Positions 54,551 to 55,251 of a stretch of 55,251 nt of DNA are shown here, piece after piece (within the stretch, counting starts at the first letter, position 1; every line of letters begins with the position of its first letter). The DNA comes from Nitrospirota bacterium (lineage in GTDB: Bacteria > Nitrospirota > RBG-16-64-22): positions 1 to 55,251 of the forward strand of contig JACPZO010000065.1 of assembly GCA_016195465.1 (NCBI GenBank). The letters run 5' to 3'. The translations under genes were made by a program, and so were the position numbers. The notes beneath the pieces are model-generated. The model did not search any database, was not told the DNA's origin, and saw only the letters and a program-made list of their open reading frames with translations.

Positions 54551-55251
54551 CGCGGACCGTCACCTTCCCGGTTTCGGGAATGTCGTGCGCGGCGTGCGCC
54601 TCGCGGATCCAGGGGGGGCTCAACAGCCTGCCCGGCGTGAGCGGCGCGGAGGTCAACTTCGCGGCCGGGCAAGCCAGCGTCACGTACGATCCGGCCGTCG
54701 TTGGGTTTCCGGCGGTCCTTGCCGCCGTCAAAGGCCTCGGGTACGACGCCCGGACCGATGAGATCGTCCTCCCGATCCTCGGCATGTCGTGCGCATCCTG
54801 CGTCGCAAAGATCGAAGGGGCGCTCGCCCAGTTGCCCGGCGTTGTGTCGGCCTCGGTGAACCTGGGGACGGAGAAGGCCGCCGTCCGGTACATCGGCCGT
54901 CTGGCGAGTGCGGCCGACATGAAGAAAGTCATCGAGGGGGCCGGCTACGGGGTCCTGGATTTGGCTGAAGAGGACCTCCTCGAAAAGGAAGCCCGCCTCC
55001 GCCGCGAGGAGGTCGACCGTCTTCGGCGGCGCCTTGCCGCCGGCACCGTCCTTGTCGTTCCCCTCTTCCTTCTTTCCTCGTGGGAGATGCTGGGGCTCGC
55101 CGTTCTCCTGTTCGAAATCCCGCGGGGTCTCTCCGTCGGTCTCCAGTTCGTCCTCGCGACGCCGATCCAGTTCTGGGTCGCCCGGCCCTTCTACGCCGGC
55201 GCCTGGTCGGCCGCGCGGCACGGCACGACGAACATGAACACGCTGATCGCC
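54547..55251 (+). CDS. copA: copper-translocating P-type ATPase, N-terminal part (continues beyond the window)
   Basis: Absent from the ORF track because it runs off the end. GTG start (GTGA overlap). There are two HMA domains (GMSCAACASRI and GMSCASCVAKI), followed by the first TM helices. Confidence 0.85.
   Translation, partial: MTRTVTFPVSGMSCAACASRIQGGLNSLPGVSGAEVNFAAGQASVTYDPAVVGFPAVLAAVKGLGYDARTDEIVLPILGMSCASCVAKIEGALAQLPGVVSASVNLGTEKAAVRYIGRLASAADMKKVIEGAGYGVLDLAEEDLLEKEARLRREEVDRLRRRLAAGTVLVVPLFLLSSWEMLGLAVLLFEIPRGLSVGLQFVLATPIQFWVARPFYAGAWSAARHGTTNMNTLIA

Overview
55.3-kb fragment of a high-GC diderm bacterial chromosome. The Kdo, Lpt and Mla envelope genes and the rpoN/PTS-Ntr cluster support the diderm call. 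Most genes are joined by 4-nt start/stop overlaps (ATGA, GTGA or TTGA). Layout, left to right: (1) 1-1950 is a small accessory remnant with a primase-like fragment, a hypothetical gene and a HicBA pair. (2) 1953-10961 is a minus-strand, translationally coupled lipid/glycolipid-type operon: four tandem ketosynthase or KS-like genes, a CE4 deacetylase, a GT2 glycosyltransferase and an MMPL/RND exporter. (3) vapBC. (4) About 11.6-22.8 kb is a visibly less GC-rich island. It carries a disrupted ORF6N gene and a tight four-gene operon encoding an Eco57I/PglX-type N6-adenine methyltransferase, a reverse transcriptase with a helical-repeat tail, an Avd/IVS-family four-helix-bundle protein and a PLD-nuclease/SNF2-helicase fusion. 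I consider this operon the best candidate for an undescribed RT-containing restriction-like defence system. It is bracketed by two direct copies of a multi-hairpin element that show compensatory stem changes, and by odd arrays of tandem doublets. (5) 22.8-55.2 kb is core genome: kdsB-pyrG-kdsA-kdsD-kdsC-pgsA, a TPR protein, a DUF4388 protein, rplI, dnaB, cbiMQO-like ECF transporter, lptCAB-rpoN-ptsN-hprK-rapZ-EIIA(Man)-ptsH-ptsI, a DsrE-like gene, a PA2778/PA2779-like pair, alr, mlaEFD, a DEAD-box helicase, an OMP, galT and the start of copA. Core intergenic gaps hold a family of AT-rich heptamer (ATTGNAA) arrays, octamer tandem arrays and TAACCC-type palindromes. Several coding regions carry in-frame palindromic mini-insertions. 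No rRNA, tRNA, CRISPR array, integrase or transposase was recognised. All calls rest on reading the translations and the sequence; no database search was possible.
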